Sequence record: SRR20825006_932
Length of the DNA: 64,000 bases
Reading direction: 5' to 3' (one strand)
Numbering within the stretch: position 1 is the first letter of the stretch; each line of letters begins with the position of its first letter. Positions 29,974-40,689 of the stretch are shown piece by piece. The notes under the pieces are model-generated. The model was not told where the DNA came from. It made no database searches and saw only the letters and a program-made list of their open reading frames with translations. Made by a program: the position numbers and the translations under genes.

Positions 29974-30816
29974 GTGTCGCTAAAATCTCTACTATACCCA
30001 CTTGGTCTAGTTATTCTATTTGCTACAAATTGTGATTTGTCGCCTTTAGAAAATACTGAACTATATCCTGCGAGTATTTCCATAATAGAAATGGAGAAAC
30101 TCGTTGAAATGAATAATGAGTATCATGCACAGAATGGAGGGAAGATGTGTTCAACTCTTAATGAATATGGGTTAACTGGTTTTAGCAGAGTCCTTTTTGT
30201 TGACGATATAAATCCATGTTTAAATAGAGAAGAGGTTAAAGTTGAAGTTCATTACTCTGAAGAACTTTTGAATCTTGCTAAAGAAGCTTTATTGCAAAAC
30301 CAGCGATTTACAAATGTGGTGGATAAAGAAAAACTAGTTTTGAAAGAGACCTTACCACTTAATGGCTGTACAATTTGTGAAGGACCAAATATAAATAGTG
30401 TACCATTACAATGGCGGTTTAGTTTTGAAAATCAAGTTAAAGACGGAATAGAAGTTTTTGACACAGAAATATCCGTTTATATTGATGCGAATGGCGTAAA
30501 CAGAATATGGGGGAATTGGTTTCCGATACATAGGCCCGATTTTATTGAGGTGGGATACGTTTATGCCCAAGAAATATTTCTTGGGAAATCAATCACCTAT
30601 CAAGATTCTGATGGAGTCTTAATTCAACATAAGATAATTAAAAACAACTTTGGTAAAACTCCATATTTAAAATACGTAGCTATCAAAGAAGAGGGGAAAA
30701 TGTCATTTCATAAGTGTTGGATTGTTGAACTTACGATTGATTCTACAGAGGCGGTTAAGTGGAAAGGGATGGTAGACGTAGAATCCGGTAAAATTCTAAA
30801 AATAGAAGCTATTTAA
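29974..30816 (+). CDS. Hypothetical exported protein (possible lipoprotein)
   Basis: 280-aa ORF with hydrophobic N-terminus ending FATNC. PepSY-like C-terminal 'VDVESGKIL'. Confidence 0.6.
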   Translation: MSLKSLLYPLGLVILFATNCDLSPLENTELYPASISIIEMEKLVEMNNEYHAQNGGKMCSTLNEYGLTGFSRVLFVDDINPCLNREEVKVEVHYSEELLNLAKEALLQNQRFTNVVDKEKLVLKETLPLNGCTICEGPNINSVPLQWRFSFENQVKDGIEVFDTEISVYIDANGVNRIWGNWFPIHRPDFIEVGYVYAQEIFLGKSITYQDSDGVLIQHKIIKNNFGKTPYLKYVAIKEEGKMSFHKCWIVELTIDSTEAVKWKGMVDVESGKILKIEAI

Positions 30817-30924
30817 GGTTTAATATTGGTAACATTTAGCCGATAACTAACTCATTTAGTAAAATAATAAACAAATTTAATTGATGACTCTATAGCTTTA
30901 CGCTAAGAGATCTTAAGTGAAAGC

Positions 30925-31281
30925 ATGAAAAATATACTTATCGTTGAAGATGATATGATTATTTCCCTAGTTGTTGAGAACATGGTAAGGGAACTAGGGC
31001 ATCAAGTTATAGGAAAGGCTGTTTCAGGTGAAGAAGCAATTGAGTTAGCTTTAGAAAAAAAGCCAGACTTGATACTTATGGACATACGCTTGAAGGGAGA
31101 AATGGACGGTATAGAAGCTGTTGAGCGTATAAAAAAAGAGATGATAGTTTCAGTCATTTACCTAACTGGAAACTCTGATAAATTAAATTACGACCGAGCA
31201 AAGAATACGAATTTTACAGACCTAATAGTAAAGCCTTTTACTATTAATGACCTCAGCAACTCGTTAAAACTTGTTGTCTAA
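30925..31281 (+). CDS. Single-domain response regulator
   Basis: Motifs ILIVEDD, DLILMDI, DGIE, YLTG, KPF. Confidence 0.93.
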   Translation: MKNILIVEDDMIISLVVENMVRELGHQVIGKAVSGEEAIELALEKKPDLILMDIRLKGEMDGIEAVERIKKEMIVSVIYLTGNSDKLNYDRAKNTNFTDLIVKPFTINDLSNSLKLVV

Positions 31282-31340
31282 ATTCTGTATCTTTTTTCCG
31301 AAATCTTCGTAATCATTGTTGATTTTAAAAAGGGAAAGCT

Positions 31341-32033
31341 ATGAGTACACAATTTAGAAAGTTAAAAAATGATTTAAAAGATATTGAAAAGGACTCTATA
31401 AATGAGTTTAGTGGTGCTGTTGACTCTGGGGGAGAGTCAAACTCAAAGCTCTCTAACTATATTCTATTATTTGCATTTATTGCTACGCTAGCTGTATACA
31501 CGGGCTCCCAATTTAGTTTTTCAAATTGGAATATATTTGCGCCTTTCTCAGAAACGTTTAGCGCCATTAATGAGCCAAGTGAAGATCTTCTAAACCGAAT
31601 GGGTGCTTGGATGACAGAAATGGGTTATGGTGAGCTTTCTCATGAAGAGCTCAAAGAACTAAGAAGCGAAGGGGTAACTGCTACCTACACAAATGGGATT
31701 AGAGAAGTTGGTTATTCCGAAGTTACTTTAGATCAGTTAGTAGAACTTCAACGAGCTGATGTAAGTGATACTTATGCGAGAATGATGAAGGAGTTGGGCT
31801 ACGAACTAACTATTGATGAACTCATCCAAACTCGTAATAATGGCTTAACAGCAGCTTTTACTAGTCAAATGTTAGACTTAGGGTATACAAAGGAAGAACT
31901 TACCAAAGAAAATCTAATGAGATTAACAACTCTTGGAGTTACAAGTAATTTGGCTGAGCGTTTAATTGAGAGAAGAGGTGAAAGACCTACTATTGAAGAA
32001 TTAGTTCGATATCGTATAAGTAACCAAAATTAA
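31341..32033 (+). CDS. Single-TM protein with about four tandem ~30-aa helical repeats
   Basis: TM YILLFAFIATLAVY followed by repeats of GY-x-L(T/S)-x-(E/D)EL..LR..GV(T/S)..Y. Confidence 0.7.
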   Translation: MSTQFRKLKNDLKDIEKDSINEFSGAVDSGGESNSKLSNYILLFAFIATLAVYTGSQFSFSNWNIFAPFSETFSAINEPSEDLLNRMGAWMTEMGYGELSHEELKELRSEGVTATYTNGIREVGYSEVTLDQLVELQRADVSDTYARMMKELGYELTIDELIQTRNNGLTAAFTSQMLDLGYTKEELTKENLMRLTTLGVTSNLAERLIERRGERPTIEELVRYRISNQN

Positions 32034-32104
32034 GCTACTATTAAGTTCTGGAACTGTATTGAGGAAAGTTGGTACATATATTAAATATGAATCAATTACA
32101 TTTT

Positions 32105-32671
32105 ATGAAAACCTCAAAAATTTTATTAACTACACTTATAGTATTGTGCATGTCAGGATATGCATACGCACAAAATCCTGTTAAAGGTAAGTCTGGCTTT
32201 GGCCCTAGAATTGGTTATTACAAAGCTCCCGATGCAGATGATGGAACCATGTTTATTGGTCTTCAAACACGGTCTAGAGGAGAGATTTTCGGCTTTGAGC
32301 TAGCAGCAGAGTACAGAGGAGAACAAGATTATACTGTTGGTGGTGGAAAAGTTACAGTAAGTCAAATTCCCGTGACAGGTTCGCTAATGATATTTGTTCC
32401 AATAGCTCCTAACTTTCAACCCTATGGTTTAGCTGGTCTTGGTGCTTATTATACCATCTACGATTATGATGGTGGTTTTGTAAGCCCTGGAGATGACTCG
32501 GAAGTTAATTTGGGATATCATTTAGGGTTTGGACTAGACATGCCTTTAAGTAGTTCTGCAGCATTGAATGTAGATTATAGGTATTTATTCTTAGACGGAA
32601 ATGAGGACAGAATAAGTGAAAAAGAATTTAGCGGAAATGTTATTTCAGCGGGTCTTACTTTTTACTTTTAA
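32105..32671 (+). CDS. Small outer-membrane beta-barrel protein
   Basis: Signal peptide AYA|Q, PYGLAGLG.Y, C-terminal AGLTFYF. Confidence 0.85.
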   Translation: MKTSKILLTTLIVLCMSGYAYAQNPVKGKSGFGPRIGYYKAPDADDGTMFIGLQTRSRGEIFGFELAAEYRGEQDYTVGGGKVTVSQIPVTGSLMIFVPIAPNFQPYGLAGLGAYYTIYDYDGGFVSPGDDSEVNLGYHLGFGLDMPLSSSAALNVDYRYLFLDGNEDRISEKEFSGNVISAGLTFYF

Positions 32672-32692
32672 GCTTAATAAATAACTTCTTAG

Positions 32693-32726
32693 AACCTGCC
32701 TTAATAGTATTAAGGCAGGTTTTTTT
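32693..32726 (+). terminator. Intrinsic terminator
   Basis: aacctgccttaata-g-tattaaggcaggtt followed by a T-run. Confidence 0.85.
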
Positions 32727-32885
32727 ATGTTCGCTATTCTAAAATATAGATATGCTTAGAAAAGGGCTTCCAGTAAATTATGTGAATTTTAGGCTAAGAT
32801 TTTTCATCCTATCTATTAAATACTCTATTTTGTGCACTATCAGCTATTGCTGAATAACCAAGTGTAAAGCTAAAGAAAGCAAACC

Positions 32886-33809
32886 ATGCCAGAGATTATA
32901 CTACCTGAAGTTGAACTGAATATTTATTCTCCAAAAAATCCTACTGAAGCTACAATAGTTGAGAACTATGTATGTAGCGCTGAAAGTAGCCCAAATATTG
33001 TTCGTCACATTACCTTCGACATTTCTGGAACTGAGTTGGAAGGCAAGGTTCGTGTTGGACAATCTATTGGAATATTGGCACCTGGCGAAAATGAAAAAGG
33101 TAAACCACATAAGTTGAGATTATACTCAGTTTCTTCGCCGTCAAAGGGTGAAGGCGGTAAACAAAATTTGGTTTCTACAACCGTTAAAAGAGCTATTGAC
33201 GAAGTTGATGGTGTACTATATACAGGTATTTGTTCGAACTACTTAGCAAACCTAAAGCCTGGTGACAAAGTTAAAGTTACAGGCCCAAGTGGTAAAAGGT
33301 ATTTATTACCTGAAAACGCAGGAGATTTTAACTATGTATTTTTTGCTACGGGAACAGGTATTGCTCCATTCAGAGGAATGATTATCGAGCTTTTTGAAGC
33401 TGGATTACAAGGTAATGTAGCTCTCGTTTTCGGATGCCCGTATAGAACAGACTTGCTTTATCCTAAGTACTTTAAAGAGATGGCTGAGAACCATGATAAC
33501 TTTGACTACATCACCTGTGTGTCTAGGGAAGAAAGACGTACGAACGGTAGTAAAAAATATGTTCAAAGCGCAATAGAAGATCATAAAGATGTTTTAGGGC
33601 CTATTTTAGAAAAAGAGAATACGCTTATTTACCTTTGTGGGATGAAGGGCATGGAAACGGGAATCTACCATAACCTAGCCCTTCAAGGCTATACTGATTA
33701 TTTGGTTCTTAGTGGGTCACTTCCTGAAACAGATCCTAACGACTGGAACTGGGAAGACATGAAAAAAGGTATAAAGCCTTCTGTAAGAACTTTTGAAGAA
33801 GTGTATTAA
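32886..33809 (+). CDS. Ferredoxin--NADP+ reductase, plant/plastidic-type
   Basis: Motifs GQSIGI, PHKLRLYSVSS, GICSNYL, TGPSG, ATGTGIAPFRG, YLCGMKGM, and a C-terminal EVY. Confidence 0.88.
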   Translation: MPEIILPEVELNIYSPKNPTEATIVENYVCSAESSPNIVRHITFDISGTELEGKVRVGQSIGILAPGENEKGKPHKLRLYSVSSPSKGEGGKQNLVSTTVKRAIDEVDGVLYTGICSNYLANLKPGDKVKVTGPSGKRYLLPENAGDFNYVFFATGTGIAPFRGMIIELFEAGLQGNVALVFGCPYRTDLLYPKYFKEMAENHDNFDYITCVSREERRTNGSKKYVQSAIEDHKDVLGPILEKENTLIYLCGMKGMETGIYHNLALQGYTDYLVLSGSLPETDPNDWNWEDMKKGIKPSVRTFEEVY

Positions 33810-34378
33810 TAATCATGAAGTTTAGTTACTCCTCCTGATACAATAAACCTCATAAAATCAGTAGAATCGGTTTTAATATGTTTAACATGATGGGCTTCTA
33901 CTATATACAAATTACCTGAGAAATTGTAAGAATGTGGGCAGTAAACGGCGATATTGCCATCAAGTCCTAAAGATTTAAGTGAGTCCTGAGTGATAAAGCC
34001 TAAACGTTTTACGCCAGGGACTCCAAAATCAACTAATACAGGTGTCGTAAATTTTTTTTTCTCGCCAACAAAAGCTTCAGTTAGGTCTTTTAACGAGGAA
34101 TAAATAATACTTACAAGTGGCGTTCTACTCAGAAGTTTCTCAAACCAGTGGACTATTGGTTTAGTAAATGCTCTTGAGAAAATGAATCCTGTGAGTGCAA
34201 TAGCAATAAAACCTGTAATAATCCCTAGGCCAGGAATGCTAAAATTAAACCAACTAAAGAAAAGATAGTTTAACGATTCATTCATCCAACCTATTGTAAT
34301 TCCAATAAGATAAAAGGTGGCACCAAGAGGAAATGCTATCAGCATTCCTCTAAAAAAGTAATTCAAAATCGTTTTCAT
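33806..34378 (-). CDS. DUF502 membrane protein
   Basis: Motifs YFFRG, PGLG, PLVSIIYSSLKDL, GFIT, SYNFSG, FIVSGG. Confidence 0.88.
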   Translation of the reverse strand: MKTILNYFFRGMLIAFPLGATFYLIGITIGWMNESLNYLFFSWFNFSIPGLGIITGFIAIALTGFIFSRAFTKPIVHWFEKLLSRTPLVSIIYSSLKDLTEAFVGEKKKFTTPVLVDFGVPGVKRLGFITQDSLKSLGLDGNIAVYCPHSYNFSGNLYIVEAHHVKHIKTDSTDFMRFIVSGGVTKLHDY

Positions 34379-34504
34379 AGCATCATAATTAGTTGTTTGA
34401 ACTCTCAGAAATAAGAACGTAAAAGTTACGCATTGCTTTCATGAGTTAGAGAAAGAAATTTTCTATCTTTACAGCCTTAAATTTTAATCTGATAATATTT
34501 CTAG

Positions 34505-37186
34505 ATGTCCACAAAAACTTCTTCCCAAATTAGAAAAGAGTTTTTAGAATTTTTCTCTGAAAAGAGCCATGCCATTATAGATAGTGCGCCTGTAGTACCC
34601 AAAGATGATCCCACATTGCTTTTTACTAATGCAGGGATGAACCAATTTAAGCCAATTTTTCTGGGTGAGGAAAAGACTTTGTCTCATAATGGGAAAGAAT
34701 GGAGTAGAGCAGCAGACACACAAAAGTGTATCAGAGTAAGTGGAAAGCACAACGATTTAGAAGAAGTAGGGCACGATACTTATCACCATACACTTTTTGA
34801 GATGCTTGGAAACTGGTCGTTTGGCGACTATTTCAAGAAAGAAGCAATTGCGTGGGCTTGGGAGCTACTAGTTGAGAAATGGGAGATAGATCCTGATAAA
34901 TTATACATAACTGTATTTGGCGGTGATGAAGAAGACGGCTTATCTGTTGATGAAGAAGCAATAGAGTTATGGAAAAGCGAAACTTCAATCAAACATAGTC
35001 ATATTCTCAAGTTTGGAAAGAAAGATAACTTCTGGGAAATGGGTGATACTGGCCCATGTGGACCATGCTCTGAGATACACGTTGATTTAAGAAGTGACGA
35101 AGAAAGAAAGAAATTAGATGGAGCTGAGTTAGTTAATCAAGATGATCCACGAGTGATGGAAATCTGGAACCTTGTATTTATTCAGTTCAATAGAAAAGCA
35201 AGTGGAGAGCTAGTAACGCTTCCGTCTCAGCATGTTGACACAGGAATGGGTTTTGAGAGAATCTGTGCTGTTATTCAAGGAAAGACATCCAACTACGACT
35301 CAGATGTTTTTACGCCATTGCTAACAGAAATTGCAAAACTAGCAGGACTAACTTACGGCGAGGATGAGAAGAATGACATCGCCATGCGTGTAATTGCAGA
35401 TCATATTAGAGCTGTAGCGTTCTCAATTGCAGATGGTGCTTCGCCAGGAAATGATGGTCGCGGTTACGTTATTCGTAGAATTTTACGAAGAGCAATTAGA
35501 TATGGCTGGGATACTTTAGGATTGAAAGAACCCTTCTTCTACAAATTGGTGCATGTACTATCTGATCAGTTTAAAGATGTGTTCTCTGAAATGGAGGCTC
35601 AAAAAGAATACGTTATAAACGTAATTAAATCGGAAGAGCAGAGCTTTCTAAAAACCTTAGGGCAAGGAATAGATTTATTCAACAAGATTTCTAAAGGGAA
35701 GAAAGTAATAGCTGGCGATGATGCTTTTAAACTTCATGATACTTATGGATTTCCAATCGATTTAACCCAGCTAATGGCTCGCGAGCAAGGCCTTGAAGTG
35801 GATGAAGATCGCTTTAATGAATTGATGAAAGAGCAAAAAGAAAGAGCTCGTGCTGCTGGTAAATTCGCAGTTGATCATAGCCAAGTTGATGCTTGGGTGT
35901 TAGTTAATGGTGAATCTGCTACAGAAATTAAACCTGAGTTTGTTGGTTATGATGACGCTGAAATAGAAACCGTGATAAAGAGTTATAGAGTAGAAGGTGA
36001 TCGTGTAGCATTACAACTTGCTGAAACTCCATTTTACGCGCAAAGTGGCGGTCAAGTAGCCGATACCGGTACACTAGCGAATGACGATGTGATTATTCGT
36101 ATCAATGATGTTCAGAAGGTGAATGGTGAATTTATTCATTATGCAGACTCAATTCCCGATGATTTAACCGGTGTTTGGACAGCCTCAATAGATTTAGAGC
36201 GACGTTTAGAAATCCAAAAACATCACTCAGCTACTCACTTGGCACATGCTGTTTTGAGAGATGTGTTAGGCGAGCATGTAGCACAGAAAGGTTCACTAGT
36301 AGATGAGCATCATTTGAGATTCGATTTCTCTCATTTTGAAGCCGTTACAAGAGATCAATTAGACGAAATTGAACAGAAAGTAAACCAGAAAATTCAAGAG
36401 AATATTCCACTTTTTGAAGAGCGGAACGTACCCATTGATGAAGCTCGCCAAAAAGGTGCGATGATGCTTTTTGGTGAGAAATATGGCGATTTGGTTCGTA
36501 TTATAACTTTCGACGAAGATTTTTCAGTAGAACTTTGTGGTGGAACTCATGTTGGGGCAACTGGCGAAATTGGTTACTTCCGATTTACTCAAGAAACCTC
36601 AGTAGCCTCAGGTGTTAGAAGAATTGAAGCAGTTTGTGGTAAGGCAGCAGATAGCCAACTAAGAGCTGAGAATCAGTTGATTAGAAGTATAAAAGAGGTT
36701 ATTGGGCAGAGCAAGAATATCCCAAAAGATATTCAGAAGTTGTTAGATGATAAAAAAGAGCTAGAGAAAGAATTAGCGAAGATAAACCTTCAGAATACCG
36801 GCGCTAAACTTGATGAATTAATTTCGAATGCCAAAGAGGTTAAAGATGGTATTCAATTAGTAAATGGTGAAATCGCTGGTGCAGACATGAACGTGCTAAA
36901 ACAATTGGGCTATGATGCTTTGCAAAAGATTGCAAATAATAGTGTGATTGTACTTGGTTCTAAAGATGAGGAAGAAGGTAAAGTGTATGTTATGGTTGCT
37001 GTAACTGATGATCTTATTAAATCAAAAAATCTTAAAGCTGGCGCTCTTGTTGGCCAAATTGGTAGATTAGTAGGCGGCGGAGGCGGTGGACAAGCAAACC
37101 TTGCCACTGCTGGAGGGAGAAATCCTGAGAAATTAACAAGCGCTTTAGAAAAAGTGAATGAAATATTAAAAGAACACATTAACTAA
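34505..37186 (+). CDS. alaS: Alanyl-tRNA synthetase
   Basis: Motifs LLFTNAGMNQFK, FEMLGNWSFGDYFK, DTGMGFER, HSATH, ELCGGTH, GGGGG. Confidence 0.98.
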   Translation: MSTKTSSQIRKEFLEFFSEKSHAIIDSAPVVPKDDPTLLFTNAGMNQFKPIFLGEEKTLSHNGKEWSRAADTQKCIRVSGKHNDLEEVGHDTYHHTLFEMLGNWSFGDYFKKEAIAWAWELLVEKWEIDPDKLYITVFGGDEEDGLSVDEEAIELWKSETSIKHSHILKFGKKDNFWEMGDTGPCGPCSEIHVDLRSDEERKKLDGAELVNQDDPRVMEIWNLVFIQFNRKASGELVTLPSQHVDTGMGFERICAVIQGKTSNYDSDVFTPLLTEIAKLAGLTYGEDEKNDIAMRVIADHIRAVAFSIADGASPGNDGRGYVIRRILRRAIRYGWDTLGLKEPFFYKLVHVLSDQFKDVFSEMEAQKEYVINVIKSEEQSFLKTLGQGIDLFNKISKGKKVIAGDDAFKLHDTYGFPIDLTQLMAREQGLEVDEDRFNELMKEQKERARAAGKFAVDHSQVDAWVLVNGESATEIKPEFVGYDDAEIETVIKSYRVEGDRVALQLAETPFYAQSGGQVADTGTLANDDVIIRINDVQKVNGEFIHYADSIPDDLTGVWTASIDLERRLEIQKHHSATHLAHAVLRDVLGEHVAQKGSLVDEHHLRFDFSHFEAVTRDQLDEIEQKVNQKIQENIPLFEERNVPIDEARQKGAMMLFGEKYGDLVRIITFDEDFSVELCGGTHVGATGEIGYFRFTQETSVASGVRRIEAVCGKAADSQLRAENQLIRSIKEVIGQSKNIPKDIQKLLDDKKELEKELAKINLQNTGAKLDELISNAKEVKDGIQLVNGEIAGADMNVLKQLGYDALQKIANNSVIVLGSKDEEEGKVYVMVAVTDDLIKSKNLKAGALVGQIGRLVGGGGGGQANLATAGGRNPEKLTSALEKVNEILKEHIN

Positions 37187-37272
37187 GTGTTCGGATATTA
37201 GACGAAAATTTCCTAAAAATTGGATATATTCCAACCCCTTTTGGAGGGACCAAGGATTCAATTAAAAGAACT

Positions 37273-38373
37273 ATGGCAAAAAAGATAAAAGACGACATTC
37301 AATTTGCACCAAAAGGTATCGGAGACGTTAGCGACGGCGCAGTTCAAAAAGGGGTAGATTTACCACCTGCAACAAAAAAGAAGCACAAAGCATTGGGCCT
37401 TTCGGTAGATAGCTTAAAGGCTATGTACGAGCAAATGTATTTGCAACGCCGCTTTGAAGAGCGCGCAATGCAACAGTACCAGAAAGGAAAATTTGGTGGT
37501 TTCTTGCACGTTTATATTGGGCAAGAAGCTATCTCTACAGGAACTGTTTTTGCTTTAAATGACAAGGATGATATTATCACAGGTTACCGTGATCATGGTT
37601 GGGGACTTTGTCGCGGAATTACACCAGCTGAAGGAATGGCTGAGTTATTTGGTAAAGGCACTGGTTCATCGCGTGGTAAAGGTGGTTCTATGCACTTTGC
37701 AAAAGCTGAAAATCATTATTGGGGCGGCTACGGTATTGTTGGTGGTCATATTCCAATTGCTGGTGGTCTAGCTTTTGCTAATAAGTATCAGCAGAACAAT
37801 CGTATTTCTACCTGTTTTTTTGGTGATGGTGCTGTTGATCAGGGTGCACTACACGAGACATTCAATATGGCTCAGCTATGGAATTTACCTGCAATTTTTG
37901 TAGTTGAAAACAATGGCTATTCAATGGGTACTGCTGCAAAAAGACATACTGTTGCAGAAATTGTTGACCGTGCTAAAGGTTACGGCATGAAGAGTGCAGT
38001 AATCAATGGGATGGATGTTTTCTCAGTGTATGAGAAAATGAAAGAAATTGCAGATGACGTTCGTGAAAATTCTACTCCTTATTTTGTAGAGATTAGAACC
38101 TATCGTTACAGAGGTCATTCTATGTCTGATCCTCAAAAGTATAGAACGAAAGCGGAGCTGGAAGAATATCAAGGGTACGATCCTATTGAAAGGTTGAAAA
38201 CCTACATTCTTGATAATAAATTAGCAAAACAAGACGACCTAACGGAAATCGAAGAAAAGGTAGAACAAGAAATTCTTGACGCAATTGATTTTGCAGATAA
38301 TTCAGAGTTCCCTAAAGAGGAAGAACTCTATGAAGATATGTTCGAAGAAGACAACCCTTACTTCCACGTTTAA
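37273..38373 (+). CDS. pdhA: Pyruvate dehydrogenase E1 alpha
   Basis: Motifs GQEA, YRDH, GKGGSMH, GDGA..QG, TYRYRGHSMSDP. Confidence 0.96.
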   Translation: MAKKIKDDIQFAPKGIGDVSDGAVQKGVDLPPATKKKHKALGLSVDSLKAMYEQMYLQRRFEERAMQQYQKGKFGGFLHVYIGQEAISTGTVFALNDKDDIITGYRDHGWGLCRGITPAEGMAELFGKGTGSSRGKGGSMHFAKAENHYWGGYGIVGGHIPIAGGLAFANKYQQNNRISTCFFGDGAVDQGALHETFNMAQLWNLPAIFVVENNGYSMGTAAKRHTVAEIVDRAKGYGMKSAVINGMDVFSVYEKMKEIADDVRENSTPYFVEIRTYRYRGHSMSDPQKYRTKAELEEYQGYDPIERLKTYILDNKLAKQDDLTEIEEKVEQEILDAIDFADNSEFPKEEELYEDMFEEDNPYFHV

Positions 38374-38393
38374 AAAATTACACGAGTATTAAG

Positions 38394-39377
38394 ATGGCTG
38401 AATTACAATTTAGAGAAGCAATAAAGCACGCAATTGACGAAGAAATGGAACGTGACGAACGTGTCTTCGTAATGGGTGAAGAAGTATCAGAGTATAATGG
38501 TGCTTACAAAGTAACGGAAGGCTTATTAGATAAGTATGGTTATAAGAGAGTAATCGATACACCCATTTCTGAGCTTGGTTTTGCTGGTATTGGTGTTGGT
38601 GCCGCAATGAATGGTTTGCGACCGATTATTGAGTTTATGACTTTTAACTTTGCAGTGTTAGCTGCTGATCAAATCATTAACCACGCTACCAAAGTGAAAT
38701 ATATGACTGGTGGCCAAATCAGTTGTCCAATCGTATTTAGAGGACCAAATGCATCAGCAGGTCAGCTTGGCGCAACACATTCTGTTGCATACGATTCTAT
38801 GTACGCTCACTTCCCTGGTTTAAAAGTAATCTATGTGTCTGAGCCTGGCGATGCAAAAGGGTTAATGAAATCTGCAATTCGTGATGATAATCCCGTTCTT
38901 TTTATGGAATCGGAACAGATGTATGGATTGAAAGGCGAGGTTTCTGATGAGGATGATTATATCATTCCTATCGGAAAAGGAAAAATTAAGCGTGAAGGAA
39001 GCGATGTTACTATCGTAGCGCACGGTAAAATGTATCATGTTGCTGTTCAAGCTGCTGCCCAGTTAGCAAAAGACGGTATCGAATGTGAAATTATTGATCC
39101 ACGTACAGTGAAACCATTAGATGTACCTTTGATTATCGAATCAATTAAAAAGACAAATCGTTGTGTGATCGTAGATGAAGCGCATCCATTTGCAGGCTTT
39201 GCAGCTGAAATTGGATTCTTGATTCAAAGAGAAGCATTTGACTATTTAGATGCTCCTGTACAGCGTGTTACATTACCAGATGTTAATGCACCTTTCGCAA
39301 AAAACCTTTTTGATATTTGGTATCCTAGTCCTAAACAGGTTATTGATGCTGTTAAACAGGTTACTTACAGAAACTAA
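38394..39377 (+). CDS. pdhB: Pyruvate dehydrogenase E1 beta
   Basis: Motifs GEEV..YNGAYKVT, DTPISE.GF, EFMTFNF, FRGPN, FDYLDAP. Confidence 0.96.
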   Translation: MAELQFREAIKHAIDEEMERDERVFVMGEEVSEYNGAYKVTEGLLDKYGYKRVIDTPISELGFAGIGVGAAMNGLRPIIEFMTFNFAVLAADQIINHATKVKYMTGGQISCPIVFRGPNASAGQLGATHSVAYDSMYAHFPGLKVIYVSEPGDAKGLMKSAIRDDNPVLFMESEQMYGLKGEVSDEDDYIIPIGKGKIKREGSDVTIVAHGKMYHVAVQAAAQLAKDGIECEIIDPRTVKPLDVPLIIESIKKTNRCVIVDEAHPFAGFAAEIGFLIQREAFDYLDAPVQRVTLPDVNAPFAKNLFDIWYPSPKQVIDAVKQVTYRN

Positions 39378-39404
39378 ATTAAACTCACTTAATCGAAGAA
39401 GAAC

Positions 39405-40655
39405 ATGGCCATAAAGATTGAAATGCCGAAACTTAGCGACACCATGGAAGAAGGTGTGATTGCTAAATGGAATGTAAAAGAAGGCGACAAGATTGAAGCT
39501 GGAGATATTATCGCAGAAGTTGAAACTGATAAAGCAACTATGGATGTAGAAGCTTTTGATTCAGGCACACTTCTTAAAATAATTCCAGGTGAAGGGGATG
39601 CTGTTCCTTTAGGTGGATTAATTGCTGTTATTGGTGAAGAAGGCGAAGATATTAGCGCTCTGTTAGAAAGTGGAGACTCTCCATCTGATAAAAAAGCCGC
39701 TCCAGCTAGTTCTGATAAAGCAGAGACAGAAGCAGTTTCAGAAGTAAAAGAAGAAGCGAGTAGCACTACTTCTTCAGATTCTGGAAGAGTAAAAGCATCT
39801 CCATTAGCAAAGAAAATTGCTGAAGATAAAGGAATCGATCTTGCAGAAGTTGCTGGTTCTGGTCCTGATGGCCGTATTGTTAAAAAAGATGTTGAAGACT
39901 TTAAAAGTGCACCTAAAGTTGCGGCAGCAGCTCCAGCTCCAGCTAAAGCAACTGTAAGAACAAGCTTCAAGAGTTTAGAAAGTCGAGAAGTTAAAGTTTC
40001 TCAGATGCGAAAAGTTATTGCTCGTCGCCTTTCAGAGAGTAAATTCTCTAACCCTCATTTTTACGAAACTGTTGACGTAGACATGAAGTCTGCAATTGCA
40101 GCACGTTCTTCAATGAATGCGGCTAACGACGTAAAAATCAGTTTCAATGATATTGTTGTTAAAGCCTGTGCTGTCGCTCTAACGCGTCATCAGGCTATAA
40201 ACAGTTCATGGCACGATGATGTGATTGTTGAGCATGCTGACGTAAATATAGCCGTAGCTGTAGCAATTGATGAAGGATTGATGACTCCAGTTATTAATCA
40301 TGTGGATCAGAAAGGCTTTTTACAGATTTCATCTGAAACTCGCGAACTCGCGGGCTTAGCAAGAGATCGTAAACTTGCTCCAGAGCAAATGGAAGGAAGT
40401 ACTTTCACTATCTCTAATCTTGGTATGTTTGGTATCGAAGAGTTTACTGCAATCATCAACCCACCAAATGCATGTATTTTAGCAGTAGGAGCAATTCGTG
40501 ACGTTCCTGTAGTTGAGAATGGTGCCGTTGTTCCTGGTAAGCGTATGAAAATTACGCTTTCAAGTGATCACCGTATTGTTGATGGTGCAAAAGCAGCTAA
40601 GTTCTTGAACGAAGTTAGAACTCTTCTAGAGAATCCAATTTCGATGCTACTCTAG
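39405..40655 (+). CDS. pdhC: Pyruvate dehydrogenase E2 dihydrolipoamide acetyltransferase
   Basis: Lipoyl ETDKA, E3-binding ASPLAKK..GSGPDGRI, catalytic DHRIVDG. Confidence 0.96.
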   Translation: MAIKIEMPKLSDTMEEGVIAKWNVKEGDKIEAGDIIAEVETDKATMDVEAFDSGTLLKIIPGEGDAVPLGGLIAVIGEEGEDISALLESGDSPSDKKAAPASSDKAETEAVSEVKEEASSTTSSDSGRVKASPLAKKIAEDKGIDLAEVAGSGPDGRIVKKDVEDFKSAPKVAAAAPAPAKATVRTSFKSLESREVKVSQMRKVIARRLSESKFSNPHFYETVDVDMKSAIAARSSMNAANDVKISFNDIVVKACAVALTRHQAINSSWHDDVIVEHADVNIAVAVAIDEGLMTPVINHVDQKGFLQISSETRELAGLARDRKLAPEQMEGSTFTISNLGMFGIEEFTAIINPPNACILAVGAIRDVPVVENGAVVPGKRMKITLSSDHRIVDGAKAAKFLNEVRTLLENPISMLL

Positions 40656-40689
40656 AATAACACGCAATTTAGATTTACGCTATTTAGCG

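Noticed and set aside
39389-39970. 193-aa antisense ORF, and similar shadow ORFs such as 10374-10799, 17445-17843 and 57003-57380
   Set aside because: They lie opposite well-supported genes, have no recognisable motifs, and are explained by codon bias on the coding strand.
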